From positions 1,632,001-1,696,000 of the forward strand of contig CBDCFN010000016.1 in the NCBI GenBank assembly GCA_965216315.1: 64,000 nt of DNA, read 5' to 3'. A program made the position numbers and the translations under genes. This stretch comes from a bacterium. Lineage in GTDB: Bacteria > UBA10199 > 2-02-FULL-50-16 > JAJFLM01. How positions within the stretch are numbered: the stretch's first letter is position 1; every line of letters starts with the position of its first letter. This document shows, one piece after another, positions 30,140 to 39,272 of the stretch. The notes beneath the pieces were generated by a model. The model had not been told where the DNA came from and did no database searches. It was given only the letters and a program-made list of their open reading frames with translations.

Positions 30140-31192
30140 CTAAGACCCAATCCGGTCAAGAACCATGCGCGCCAACGCCGGCGCGGCCGTTAGCCCCGGT
30201 GATTCAATTCCTAACAGATGAATCCAGGCTCCCTCTTGCTTGACGACAAAATCATGGACCGCCTCGTCATTATAAAACAACTTGGGACGATTACCAGCAT
30301 AGGCCGGCTGCAGCGGTCGACTTTGCAAGTCAGGTAGATAATAATCGACCGCCTGCTCAAACACTTCCGCATCGGAGTTATGCTTGTAATCTAATTTTTC
30401 ATCGATAAAAAAAGCATTGGGCCCTATCAGGGTTTGCCCATCAAGCGTCGGTGTTAGGTGCACCCCCAGCCCCGGCGCATCTTTATAGGGGAGATGATAG
30501 ATGGGCCGACAGATCAGGTTTTTATTCATAATATAATAATCACCGCGACACGGGCGCACCTCGTAGCCTTCTACGCCAGCCATGGCCGCAACTCTATCCG
30601 CAAACAAACCGGCACAATTAACGGCAAGCTCAAACTCCATCTCACCCCGGCTTGTCTTGACTTTTTGTTCGTGGATTTCTTCGACTTGGCAAGCTGTCAA
30701 AACCTGAACCCCATTATTCTCGGTATACACAGCAAGCGCCTTCACATAAGCCGCCGCATCGACCAAGCCGGTGGAGGGCACCTCAATCGCCGGGAGGGCT
30801 CGTAACTGCGGTTGCAGGTCCTTGACTTGCGTGGGCGATAAGAGGCGTGGCGTCGGGATGGGAAGTCCGAGAATCTTCTCAAAAGACGGTTCCAGTTCCG
30901 CTTCTTGTCCCGCTTCAGGCACGAGCCACTTACCGCAGGCGCGGTGTTTCAGTTTAAGCCGCTCGAGCCATTCATAGGTGAGGCGATTCCCTTCGATGCT
31001 ACTTTGTTCCTTGAGACTGTCCGACGGATAGAAAATGCCCGCGTGGATGACACCGCTGTTGCGCCCACTCGTCTGCTCCCCGAGTGTCGCATCCCGTTCT
31101 AATACAAAAACGTCGTAGCCCTGCTCATTGAGGACATGGGCAACATGAAGACCGACAATACCGGCTCCAACGACGATAACTGTCTTAGGCAC
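30140..31192 (-). CDS. FAD-dependent oxidoreductase (L-2-hydroxyglutarate oxidase-like)
   Basis: GAGIVG, TSGRNSGVIHAG, GLGVHLT, IESPGLT. Confidence 0.85.
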   Translation of the reverse strand: MPKTVIVVGAGIVGLHVAHVLNEQGYDVFVLERDATLGEQTSGRNSGVIHAGIFYPSDSLKEQSSIEGNRLTYEWLERLKLKHRACGKWLVPEAGQEAELEPSFEKILGLPIPTPRLLSPTQVKDLQPQLRALPAIEVPSTGLVDAAAYVKALAVYTENNGVQVLTACQVEEIHEQKVKTSRGEMEFELAVNCAGLFADRVAAMAGVEGYEVRPCRGDYYIMNKNLICRPIYHLPYKDAPGLGVHLTPTLDGQTLIGPNAFFIDEKLDYKHNSDAEVFEQAVDYYLPDLQSRPLQPAYAGNRPKLFYNDEAVHDFVVKQEGAWIHLLGIESPGLTAAPALARMVLDRIGS

Positions 31193-31194
31193 GC

Positions 31195-31581
31195 CTACCA
31201 GTGCCAAACATGATCATACTGCTCGACAAACTTTGCCAATTGGGAACGCGTAATCGCCTCCGCTTCGCCGATCATGTTCTCGCTGGCAATGCCCCGTTCT
31301 TCCACATCCTCGCGAACATAAAAAACGGGAACTCCCTTGCCGACGAGCTTCTTAAGGTCCTCGTCTAACTTCGGGGGATGCGGAATTCCACCCTTTCCGA
31401 ACTGGAGACTTTCAGCTTGCTGACCCATGACCGTATAGTTGACCGCATTTCCGGTCAGCAGCACGGTAAGGTCCGCACCGGCGCCTTTGCAAGCAGCGGT
31501 AAACCACAGTGTCGTATCATCCTGTTCTTCCAATGTGCCTCGATAGGCCGAATCGACTATGCATAAGATTTTTTTCGCCAT
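31195..31581 (-). CDS. DsrE/DsrF-like protein
   Basis: SAYRGTLEEQDD, LLTGNAV, EDVEERGI, C-terminal VWHW. Confidence 0.7.
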   Translation of the reverse strand: MAKKILCIVDSAYRGTLEEQDDTTLWFTAACKGAGADLTVLLTGNAVNYTVMGQQAESLQFGKGGIPHPPKLDEDLKKLVGKGVPVFYVREDVEERGIASENMIGEAEAITRSQLAKFVEQYDHVWHW

Positions 31582-31588
31582 AACATCC

Positions 31589-31993
31589 TCACCTCGTTGG
31601 GATTACGACCGTGTTGTCACTCGCATCAACAAACTTGATGAAATCCGCCGGCCCTCCTCGCGTGGGACCCTCAACCCATTCACCAACGCCGCGTTCATCG
31701 ACGCAAAGTCCACAATTGACCCAGTTAAGCGTCTGCCCCTCTCGAACCATCTCAAAGAGCCCCGAAACCATATCTTTAGGCAACGGATGCTCTTCTTCCT
31801 CGACGGAAGTTCCCTTGACTGCATTCGGATGCGCTTGTTGCTTCTCAAATGACAGATTAACCGCCCCTTCATAAGCAAATACGTTTACGTTGTGTCCTTG
31901 ACGAAGCGCTGATTCAATCATCCGAAAGGCCGTGGTCGAATTAGCTGATTCGTAGGGGGGATCCATTAATAATAATGTTAACGTTTTACTCAT
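31589..31993 (-). CDS. DsrE/TusD-like sulfur relay protein
   Basis: DPPYES, VFAYEGAV, NCGLCVDERG. Confidence 0.75.
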   Translation of the reverse strand: MSKTLTLLLMDPPYESANSTTAFRMIESALRQGHNVNVFAYEGAVNLSFEKQQAHPNAVKGTSVEEEEHPLPKDMVSGLFEMVREGQTLNWVNCGLCVDERGVGEWVEGPTRGGPADFIKFVDASDNTVVIPTR

Positions 31994-32002
31994 AATAGAC
32001 TC

Positions 32003-32335
32003 CTAATGCCACACAACCTTCGGACTTTCATTGACTATCGAATCAATGAGCTGGTCCATCGTTGCAATATTAATTCCCGAACTCAGTTCACTCTCGGTGA
32101 TACCGCGTTCGCCCAATGAGTAATCATCAACTAAGACTTTGATCTTCGGATTATTGAGCAAATCCGTAAACCCCTGCGCTTTGGCTCCTGAGCGTGTTGC
32201 CAAGGCACCGTTTTGCGTGAGAAAAACCGTAACGTCATTGCCCTCTGTACTTAAGTCATTGGCCAATGCGTACATTTGACTCACATCAGGCGATTCAAAT
32301 GGATCTCGCGATTCTATGATGAGATATTGTGACAT
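32003..32335 (-). CDS. DsrE/DsrH-like protein
   Basis: ESRDPFES, FLTQNGAL, SLGERGI. Confidence 0.7.
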   Translation of the reverse strand: MSQYLIIESRDPFESPDVSQMYALANDLSTEGNDVTVFLTQNGALATRSGAKAQGFTDLLNNPKIKVLVDDYSLGERGITESELSSGINIATMDQLIDSIVNESPKVVWH

Positions 32336-32397
32336 GTGACTCCTCCTTACCTGGCGGGACGGTACTGCCCGGCCCCTTAGCTGTCAAGGAGAGTCAC
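32336..32397 (-). promoter_or_regulatory. Sigma-70-type promoter nested in an inverted repeat that can pair with the SD
   Basis: TTGACA-N17-TACCGT; GTGACTCTCCTT is complementary (one bulge) to AAGGAGGAGTCAC immediately before the ATG. Confidence 0.55.
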
Positions 32398-32406
32398 GTT
32401 GCGTAA

Positions 32407-33003
32407 TTAGTTGGCCGGCGCCGAGGATCGATATTGCTGGCTTCCCCGCTTGTAAGAAAGGTGCACGGCCTGTGCCTTGCGCGAACCCGGCCATTTCTTG
32501 CGCGGTGGAAAATAAACAACACCAGCGACCTTGAGTCCCGCTGGAAATACTTGGTTGCGCATAATATTATCGATAATCAAACTACGGCTCTGGCTGTCAG
32601 CGACGGCGCCTCCTGCCGTCCCGGCAATCGCGCTCGCCCCAAAGACTCCAAGCGCCGCATAACCGAGGCTTTTCTTCCCACTAATCGCACCGCCCAGACC
32701 TAAACCGGCTCCCACAATCGAACCTAGAACGGCGGCTGTCTTAGCCCGATTATGCAACTGCGTCCGCACTTCATGAGGAGTCAGTGATTGAATGGAATAC
32801 CCGTCGGCATTTTCCAAAAAAACTTGGCAACACTTAAACTTCAGATCGCGCGTCCCCATGTTTTGGATTGCCATCGTTACTTCGGTCCAGCCGCTCTTAT
32901 GTTTGACCTTAACAACATCCACGCCTAATTCAGGGGCACGTGCCCAAGCCGTCTGAGTCATGATCAGTGCCGCCGCCATCAAAAATGTCATCAGTGTTTT
33001 CAT
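32407..33003 (-). CDS. Exported protein with glycine-zipper-like segment
   Basis: Signal peptide ending AWA, GSIVGAGLGLGG..GASAIAGTAGG. Confidence 0.7.
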   Translation of the reverse strand: MKTLMTFLMAAALIMTQTAWARAPELGVDVVKVKHKSGWTEVTMAIQNMGTRDLKFKCCQVFLENADGYSIQSLTPHEVRTQLHNRAKTAAVLGSIVGAGLGLGGAISGKKSLGYAALGVFGASAIAGTAGGAVADSQSRSLIIDNIMRNQVFPAGLKVAGVVYFPPRKKWPGSRKAQAVHLSYKRGSQQYRSSAPAN

Positions 33004-33165
33004 ACCAACCTCCCTAACCTGTTCATTCTATAAAATAAAGCCCTCAATGAAAACAATTGCCTCAACTGTCTGATATCCCTAATAAAATTAATAGTTTTTC
33101 TATAATTCTCGTTAGCGTTAGAAACCTTATAGTCGCCTTTGCATCCTATTGGGTGGAGCTTGGCA

Positions 33166-33672
33166 ATGAAATGGTATCTTTACATCCTCGCCTGGTTATT
33201 AACCTTTAATAATGAAATGGGTGCGCTCATGGCTGAAGAAAAAGACTGGAAATCACTCCCGGAGTCCTACTGGCGTGAACACTTGTCCCCCCAGGAATAT
33301 CACGTCCTTCGGGAGTCAGGAACGGAAAGGGCTTTCTCAGGGAAATTCGTCAACCACAAAGCCAACGGGGAATATACGTGCGCGGCTTGTGGTGCCGCAC
33401 TCTTTGCTTCGGACACGAAATTCGAGTCAGGCACCGGCTGGCCGAGCTTCACCGACGTCATTGCAAGTTCACGCATTACAACACACGAAGATCGCAAGTT
33501 CTTCATGAAACGAACTGAATTACGTTGCGCCCGCTGCGGGTCCCACTTAGGTCATGTCTTTGATGACGGACCCGCCCCAACGGGACTTCGTTACTGTATC
33601 AATTCAGTCGCACTCGACTTCGTCCCCACAACCAAGGCTTCTGATGATAAAAAATCAAGCCGAAAGAAATAG
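33166..33672 (+). CDS. msrB: Peptide-methionine (R)-S-oxide reductase
   Basis: GTERAF, CAAC, SGTGWPSF, HLGHVFDDGP, RYCINS. Confidence 0.95.
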   Translation: MKWYLYILAWLLTFNNEMGALMAEEKDWKSLPESYWREHLSPQEYHVLRESGTERAFSGKFVNHKANGEYTCAACGAALFASDTKFESGTGWPSFTDVIASSRITTHEDRKFFMKRTELRCARCGSHLGHVFDDGPAPTGLRYCINSVALDFVPTTKASDDKKSSRKK

Positions 33673-33680
33673 GAGAAAAC

Positions 33681-34310
33681 ATGAAACTCTACTATCACCC
33701 CATCAGCTCATATGCGCAAAAAGCCCTCATGGCTCTTTATGAAAAAAATATTTCTTTTACACCGGAGCTTGTAAACCTAATGGACGAAGCAGACCGTAAG
33801 AAGTACCGCGAACTGTACCCCTTAGGAAAAGTCCCCCTTCTCACCTTGGACGACGGTTACATGATTCCGGAATCAACCATTATTATTGAATATCTTGAAA
33901 CGCACTATGACAATGAGCCACGATTAATCCCTGAAGATCCCGACGGAGCGCGCCAAGTGCGCTTCAAAGACCGTATGATTGACCTCTATCTGAATGAGTC
34001 GGTTAATGCCTTGATCTTTCAGTCCTGGAAGCCCGAAGAAAAACAAGACCAAGAACTCATTAAAAAAAGTCATTTCCGCATCAACGTGATGTACAAATTT
34101 CTCAATGAAGTTATCGATGAAGAGGGGTGGATCCATGGTAAGGACTTTACTCTGGCCGACTGTGCAGCGGCACCGGTCCTTTTTTATGCTAAAAAGTTCT
34201 CTCCATTTGATGAGCACTCTAAAATCAAGGCTTACGCAGAACGGCTTCATGCTCGAGATTCGTATCAGCGCATACTAAAGGATGCAGGGCCATACCTTGA
34301 AAAAATGTAG
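33681..34310 (+). CDS. Glutathione S-transferase family protein
   Basis: PLGKVPLL, ESTIIIEYL, FTLADCA. Confidence 0.9.
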   Translation: MKLYYHPISSYAQKALMALYEKNISFTPELVNLMDEADRKKYRELYPLGKVPLLTLDDGYMIPESTIIIEYLETHYDNEPRLIPEDPDGARQVRFKDRMIDLYLNESVNALIFQSWKPEEKQDQELIKKSHFRINVMYKFLNEVIDEEGWIHGKDFTLADCAAAPVLFYAKKFSPFDEHSKIKAYAERLHARDSYQRILKDAGPYLEKM

Positions 34311-34358
34311 CCTCGCGATCCTCTTGCGAAAACTTGTAAGCAATTTCAGTTAAAGAAC

Positions 34359-34383
34359 AAAACTTTTTAACTGATTGGCAGAT
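34359..34383 (+). promoter_or_regulatory. Sigma-28-like promoter, copy 4
   Basis: AAAAC-TTTTTAACTGATTGG-CAGAT(AA), 11 nt before ATG 34395. Confidence 0.5.
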
Positions 34384-34394
34384 AACATAGGCTC

Positions 34395-35603
34395 ATGAGT
34401 GCATTCTACGGCCTGACATCAGCTGCAAATCCTTTGCTCGCTTCAGCAACTACGCAAGTAGTAGTCATGAACCAATACGATCGTAATGTCGTTCTCTCAG
34501 AGGCGAGTCGATCGGGCTGTACGGATGTATTGTTGCTAACGAAACCGCGTACGCGTGTTTCGCTGCTGGACCCCGAGCGTAATGCGCGTGGCTTCCGCAT
34601 CTTTTACCCGGATTGGGGTTCGATGGGTTATACGTCAACCTTGGCTGAGGCGAGAGATATCGATCCGATCAGTACGTCAGACCCTAAAAGAGCGTTTGTC
34701 CAACTCGCTATTTCAGCCCGTCATGGTAAATTGCCCCAAGGCAATCTCATTCCCATACCCTATGGCAGTGTCATGCAGATCGGAGCACTATCCGTGGCCA
34801 CTCTCTTGTCTGACCGACTCCGCTCTTCACGAATCAACTATATTCCACCCTGGATCCGTGACGTGGATATTCTGCTGCTTAGCGGAACTCTGACTCACCC
34901 TGAAGCTTTGAGTGATTTTATCAAAAAACAGCGAGGGCCAGGACCTCTGTTATCATTTTATCCCCGCAATCAAGACTATACGGCCGACCGCAAGGAGTGG
35001 AATACCTGGCCGTCGCACATGATAGGTCTCGGACCAAGCACTCAGTATCACGCCCTCGCCAGCTATCAAACAAAACCGCAGCATCCCGGGAAGCCATTAA
35101 AAGATCGCCTCGACTTTTCCATTCACTCATCACCTATGCGTGATCCGTCAAAGTGGGCTAATACAACCAAGACACACAAAAAAGAACACGAAATCGTCAA
35201 TAAAGAAAAACGCTTTCAACTGACGCTAACGGTTCGCTATAAACGTGAAATAAGTGACCGATTAATGAATTTTTTCTCAATCGACACTGATACATCCGTT
35301 GCACGGGCGCGGGCTGATTATGCCTCCAATCAAACAGGACGCCTGGTTGCAAAATACTTGGCTTTTCTTGAAAGAAATCCCGGCCATAGCCAAACCGAAA
35401 GGAGTGCGTATTTAGAAGGTCTCTACGATGACATGCACTCATCAGCCAGAGCCGTCTGGCAAAGTCCGGCAGCTACGCACGACACAGAAATTCTTCGAAC
35501 TGTTGATCGGAAGCAGTTTCCACGTGACTGGGTCCAGGCTTTTGCACTCTATCTCGAATTATGGTTCTATGAAAATACCAACCACGCCGGTCCCTACCGC
35601 TAA
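34395..35603 (+). CDS. Hypothetical protein (no family recognised)
   Basis: 402-aa ORF filling the intergenic space. Confidence 0.65.
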   Translation: MSAFYGLTSAANPLLASATTQVVVMNQYDRNVVLSEASRSGCTDVLLLTKPRTRVSLLDPERNARGFRIFYPDWGSMGYTSTLAEARDIDPISTSDPKRAFVQLAISARHGKLPQGNLIPIPYGSVMQIGALSVATLLSDRLRSSRINYIPPWIRDVDILLLSGTLTHPEALSDFIKKQRGPGPLLSFYPRNQDYTADRKEWNTWPSHMIGLGPSTQYHALASYQTKPQHPGKPLKDRLDFSIHSSPMRDPSKWANTTKTHKKEHEIVNKEKRFQLTLTVRYKREISDRLMNFFSIDTDTSVARARADYASNQTGRLVAKYLAFLERNPGHSQTERSAYLEGLYDDMHSSARAVWQSPAATHDTEILRTVDRKQFPRDWVQAFALYLELWFYENTNHAGPYR

Positions 35604-35648
35604 TTCTCTCTAGTCTTTTCTAAAGAGACGCGCTACATAGCGCCAAGC

Positions 35649-36848
35649 ATGGCCCCTATCCGACTCGTTATAAAACGCATGACTCACGAACCCTTTCGGC
35701 TCTTTTTTCCTTTAGGCGTTCTAGCTGCTCTCATTGCCGCTCTTTACTGGCCCGGGCTTACCTACCAAATGGGCTTCACACGTTACCCCTCACAATTTCA
35801 TATTCTCATGATGATCTTTGGATTCATGTGGGCCTTTATCATCGGTTTCCTGACAACCGCGGTCCCGCAATTGACTCAAACGAAAGATCTTGCCGCTTAC
35901 GAATTATCCCTTCTGTTGGCTCTCTATCTCAGTGCCATTATCGGGCTTTTTCTTCAGGCCTATCTCTTCACTCAAGCCAGTTTTTTTGTCACGCTACTCT
36001 ATCTGATTATGACTTTAGCTAGACGCTTCGCTACTCGCCAACGCAATGTACCACCGACATTTATTTATCTGCCGTTTGGGCTATTATCCGCGCTGATTGC
36101 AACAGCCATTACTATTGGACAAGGATTGGAGTTGATTCCCTATACTGACGAACTGACACGATTGGCACGCAACTTACTCTATCAAGGTATGATCCTTTTT
36201 CTGCTAATCGGCATCGGCGGTTTTCTGATCCGCTCCATTCTCGGCTGGGCCCCCGCGCTCCCCGAAAAGGAATCCGATCAATTACCCCACATCTCACCAA
36301 CGGCTTTGGCTAAAAATATTCATTTAGGCGCGGCTTTGGCCGTGTTTGCCAGCTTCTTGCTGGAAGGCGTTGATCTCACCTATGCACAAGCCCTGCGCGC
36401 CGTTGTCGTTACGCTCATCCTTATCGCGCAAGTCAAGATCCATCGCATCCCGATCAGTGGTAAATTGACGAGTACAACGCTACTCATCGCCCTCTGGCTA
36501 TTACTCTTAGGACTGTGGGGTCAGGTCTTTGCCTCACCTCAATACTCGATTGCATTTCGTCATTTCTGCTTTATCGGCGGTTTTGCCTTGAGCGTCTTTG
36601 CCGTCGCCACGCGCGTGATTTTCAGCCACTGCGGCTATTCCGAACTATTGCAAAAGCGCTATGCACCATTCTCAATCGCGGTCACGATCATGGGCATCGG
36701 CCTTGTAACACGGTTTTCCGCCACATTGGTACCGAGCACTTTTTTCACTCATCTTTCCTATTCAAGCTTTATCTGGTGTCTGGGGGTTCTTATCTGGAGC
36801 AGTGCTATCCTGACTAAATCAGTTCAATCGACCCTTTCCCGTTCTTAA
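35649..36848 (+). CDS. nnrS: NnrS family protein
   Basis: EPFRLFFPLG, H..MMIFGF..GFLTTAVP, VATRVIFSHCG. Confidence 0.85.
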   Translation: MAPIRLVIKRMTHEPFRLFFPLGVLAALIAALYWPGLTYQMGFTRYPSQFHILMMIFGFMWAFIIGFLTTAVPQLTQTKDLAAYELSLLLALYLSAIIGLFLQAYLFTQASFFVTLLYLIMTLARRFATRQRNVPPTFIYLPFGLLSALIATAITIGQGLELIPYTDELTRLARNLLYQGMILFLLIGIGGFLIRSILGWAPALPEKESDQLPHISPTALAKNIHLGAALAVFASFLLEGVDLTYAQALRAVVVTLILIAQVKIHRIPISGKLTSTTLLIALWLLLLGLWGQVFASPQYSIAFRHFCFIGGFALSVFAVATRVIFSHCGYSELLQKRYAPFSIAVTIMGIGLVTRFSATLVPSTFFTHLSYSSFIWCLGVLIWSSAILTKSVQSTLSRS

Positions 36849-36880
36849 GATAGCACTGAGCTCTCTGAAACATCGACTTT

Positions 36881-37336
36881 TTAGAGCACTGAAAATGTTC
36901 GTGCCATGATCGATAAAGGACCCATAAACATGATTTGGGGTATCGCTAGGAGAATAATACCAAGCTTCACATTTTCTTCGACATCAACCACACCGACTAG
37001 CACCCTATTTGAATTCGTACACTGTGGAGGGATTTCATAGGTGACTATCTGAACCGGTCGACCACCCGCTCGATTCTTTTCCCATGAAGTCACCGGAATC
37101 AGTTGATTGCCGCGACCACAAATTTTTTGATAATAGATATGCCCGCTAGTATCGACGGTCACGACATGGGAATTGCCATAAGCATCCTTGCCACGAGCCT
37201 CCAAGCGCCCATCGCTATGCCCCTGTTCAGCGGAGCAAAATTGCAGCGCACTGTTGACCGTATCCTGTAGCTTTGAGCTGATTGTCGTATTGTTGCCCAA
37301 ACGAGCCGCGAGTTGCGGACAAGAATTTGCACCCAT
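36881..37336 (-). CDS. Hypothetical protein with C-terminal hydrophobic segment
   Basis: SD AAGGAGG, 151 aa. Confidence 0.65.
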   Translation of the reverse strand: MGANSCPQLAARLGNNTTISSKLQDTVNSALQFCSAEQGHSDGRLEARGKDAYGNSHVVTVDTSGHIYYQKICGRGNQLIPVTSWEKNRAGGRPVQIVTYEIPPQCTNSNRVLVGVVDVEENVKLGIILLAIPQIMFMGPLSIMARTFSVL

Positions 37337-37370
37337 GAGAGCACCTCCTTAATCAACGCAACACTGATTT

Positions 37371-37395
37371 TTCGGCCGGGCCACTGAAAAGTTGC
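37371..37395 (-). promoter_or_regulatory. Sigma-28-like promoter, copy 5
   Basis: Minus strand GCAAC-TTTTCAGTGGCCCGG-CCGAA. Confidence 0.7.
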
Positions 37396-37427
37396 GAAAA
37401 TTCGCAAATTTTCGAAAAAATATGACA

Positions 37428-37440
37428 TAAGCTACTGATT
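37428..37440 (-). promoter_or_regulatory. IHF-consensus site between divergent promoters
   Basis: AATCAGTAGCTTA matches WATCARNNNNTTR. Confidence 0.5.
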
Positions 37441-37458
37441 TGATTGGATTTTCTACAA

Positions 37459-37483
37459 GCAACCTTTGCGAGCTCACACCGAT
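37459..37483 (+). promoter_or_regulatory. Sigma-28-like promoter, copy 6
   Basis: GCAAC-CTTTGCGAGCTCACA-CCGAT. Confidence 0.7.
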
Positions 37484-37491
37484 GAATGGAC

Positions 37492-38421
37492 ATGCTCGCG
37501 ATGCAGGTTTTGAATCTAGGGGTAAGTGGGGTCCTGACGGCCTACAGCGGACAAGCCCCGCACCGGCAAGCCATTCCTCAACCGAATCCGTCTGCAGGGC
37601 GCCCCCTTCACCATTTTCGAGCGATGTGTCGCTTTGAACCCGCACAGCCCTACCTTAACACACTGCGAACACAAAATTTCGCTCCAAAGGTTTTCAGACT
37701 TGAAGGTCGGGAGGAATCCTATGTGCTCCATCAATGGCCCCTGACCGCCATTCGGTCAATAGAACGTTTCGCCAACGATCCGGAGCTTATTGGCGACCGA
37801 GCTGTATTTGTCGGGCATTCAGCCGGGGGCTTTCCCCTCTATATACTTGCCTGCATTGCCAAAGGAGCCCGCCTCGAAGATATTCGCAATGCACTCCCGC
37901 CGATCGACGCGATCAACGCACTCGATGCGATTTCTCCGTCGCAATATGCAACACTTGCGAAGTCACTGAGTACGGCCCTCTTCATCAGCATAGGAACTCC
38001 TTATAATGGCATCCATTTGACCGACTGGTTTCGTCCTCTACATGACCGAGTCGTTGCAGCTTTTGATCCCTTGCTAATAAATAGTTTGCGCAAAGATTTT
38101 GTCGATACCGTATATCGCCGTATCGGCCTCCGCCCGGAGCAAGTTATCCACGGACAGATGATCAGTAATGCGGCGCCCATCAAATTAAGTCGAAATCCGC
38201 GCACTCTTCCAATCGAAATCATCATGCAAGGCGGTATGCGTGCTGTTGCGCTTATTACTGAATACAAAATATATGATGGCATTGCCCCGTGGGCCGCGGT
38301 CTACGTCAGCGGGATTCCCGAACATGAGATCGTCCAGTTCGATCATCTGCGCCTCGTCGAAACAGCAAAACCTGCTGAACATCTGATGGGATTGATCGAC
38401 CGCAGTGACAGCCACCGCTGA
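37492..38421 (+). CDS. Alpha/beta hydrolase (lipase/esterase-like), paralogue A
   Basis: FVGHSAGG nucleophile elbow, SIGTPYNG, DGIAP, HL; start aligned with paralogue B. Confidence 0.75.
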   Translation: MLAMQVLNLGVSGVLTAYSGQAPHRQAIPQPNPSAGRPLHHFRAMCRFEPAQPYLNTLRTQNFAPKVFRLEGREESYVLHQWPLTAIRSIERFANDPELIGDRAVFVGHSAGGFPLYILACIAKGARLEDIRNALPPIDAINALDAISPSQYATLAKSLSTALFISIGTPYNGIHLTDWFRPLHDRVVAAFDPLLINSLRKDFVDTVYRRIGLRPEQVIHGQMISNAAPIKLSRNPRTLPIEIIMQGGMRAVALITEYKIYDGIAPWAAVYVSGIPEHEIVQFDHLRLVETAKPAEHLMGLIDRSDSHR

Positions 38422-38467
38422 TTTTTTTCACTTTCCTTCCAGCAAAATAATTCGCTACTTAACCTCC

Positions 38468-39217
38468 ATGAATTCCGGCATAACTTTTGGAATGACTTTC
38501 GGCTATCTCACGACGGTCGCACTGATCGCGGCAGCAGGCCTGACTTCGGCGCTATCCGCCGTGATCGGCATGGGCGGCGGCATGATCCTCCTCGCTATCA
38601 TGCTGCTATTCATGCCGGTTGAGGTCGCGATTCCCATTCACGCCGCCGTTCAACTCATCAGTAATGGCACGCGCACCTTTGTCTATTTAAAGCACGTGCA
38701 GTGGAAGGTCTGGGCGCTTTTTTGCGGACCCGCTGTCATCGGCATCTTGATGGGAAAAGAGATTTTTCTCGCATTAGACCGCGATTGGTTACGGATCGGA
38801 ATGGCCCTGTTCATCCTGATCACGACCTATCTCCCTAAATCGAAGAAAGGAAATCCCTGGCCCTTGTGGCCCTTTGCCATCGCCGGGGCGATCGCTGGGA
38901 CCCTCGGGATGTTGGTTGGCGCGACAGGACCTATAATCGCCCCCTTTTTTCTCCATGCCCAATTATTAAAAGAGAAGCTAATCGCAACCAAGGCCGTGTG
39001 TCAGACGACCATCCACATCCTTAAAATCGTCGCCTTCGGAACGATGGGCTTTGCATTCGGCGAGTTGAGCTGGCTGATCGTAGTACTCGGAGTGGCTGTT
39101 ATAGTCGGTACGTTTCTGGGAAAGAAATTTTTGCAACGTATCTCCGAACAAACCTTTGTCTATCTGGTTAAGGCGGTCCTCACCGTCATAGCCGTCAAGC
39201 TCATCGTCTATCCCTGA
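38468..39217 (+). CDS. TauE/SafE family membrane transporter
   Basis: GMGGGMILL, GATGP, GTFLGKK, about 8 TM segments. Confidence 0.85.
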   Translation: MNSGITFGMTFGYLTTVALIAAAGLTSALSAVIGMGGGMILLAIMLLFMPVEVAIPIHAAVQLISNGTRTFVYLKHVQWKVWALFCGPAVIGILMGKEIFLALDRDWLRIGMALFILITTYLPKSKKGNPWPLWPFAIAGAIAGTLGMLVGATGPIIAPFFLHAQLLKEKLIATKAVCQTTIHILKIVAFGTMGFAFGELSWLIVVLGVAVIVGTFLGKKFLQRISEQTFVYLVKAVLTVIAVKLIVYP

Positions 39218-39238
39218 TCAGCCTCGCCCGCTTAACAC

Positions 39239-39263
39239 ACAACCTTCTCGCGGTCTCACCGAT
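39239..39263 (+). promoter_or_regulatory. Sigma-28-like promoter, copy 7
   Basis: ACAAC-CTTCTCGCGGTCTCA-CCGAT, 9 nt before ATG 39273. Confidence 0.7.
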
Positions 39264-39272
39264 AGGAACGGC

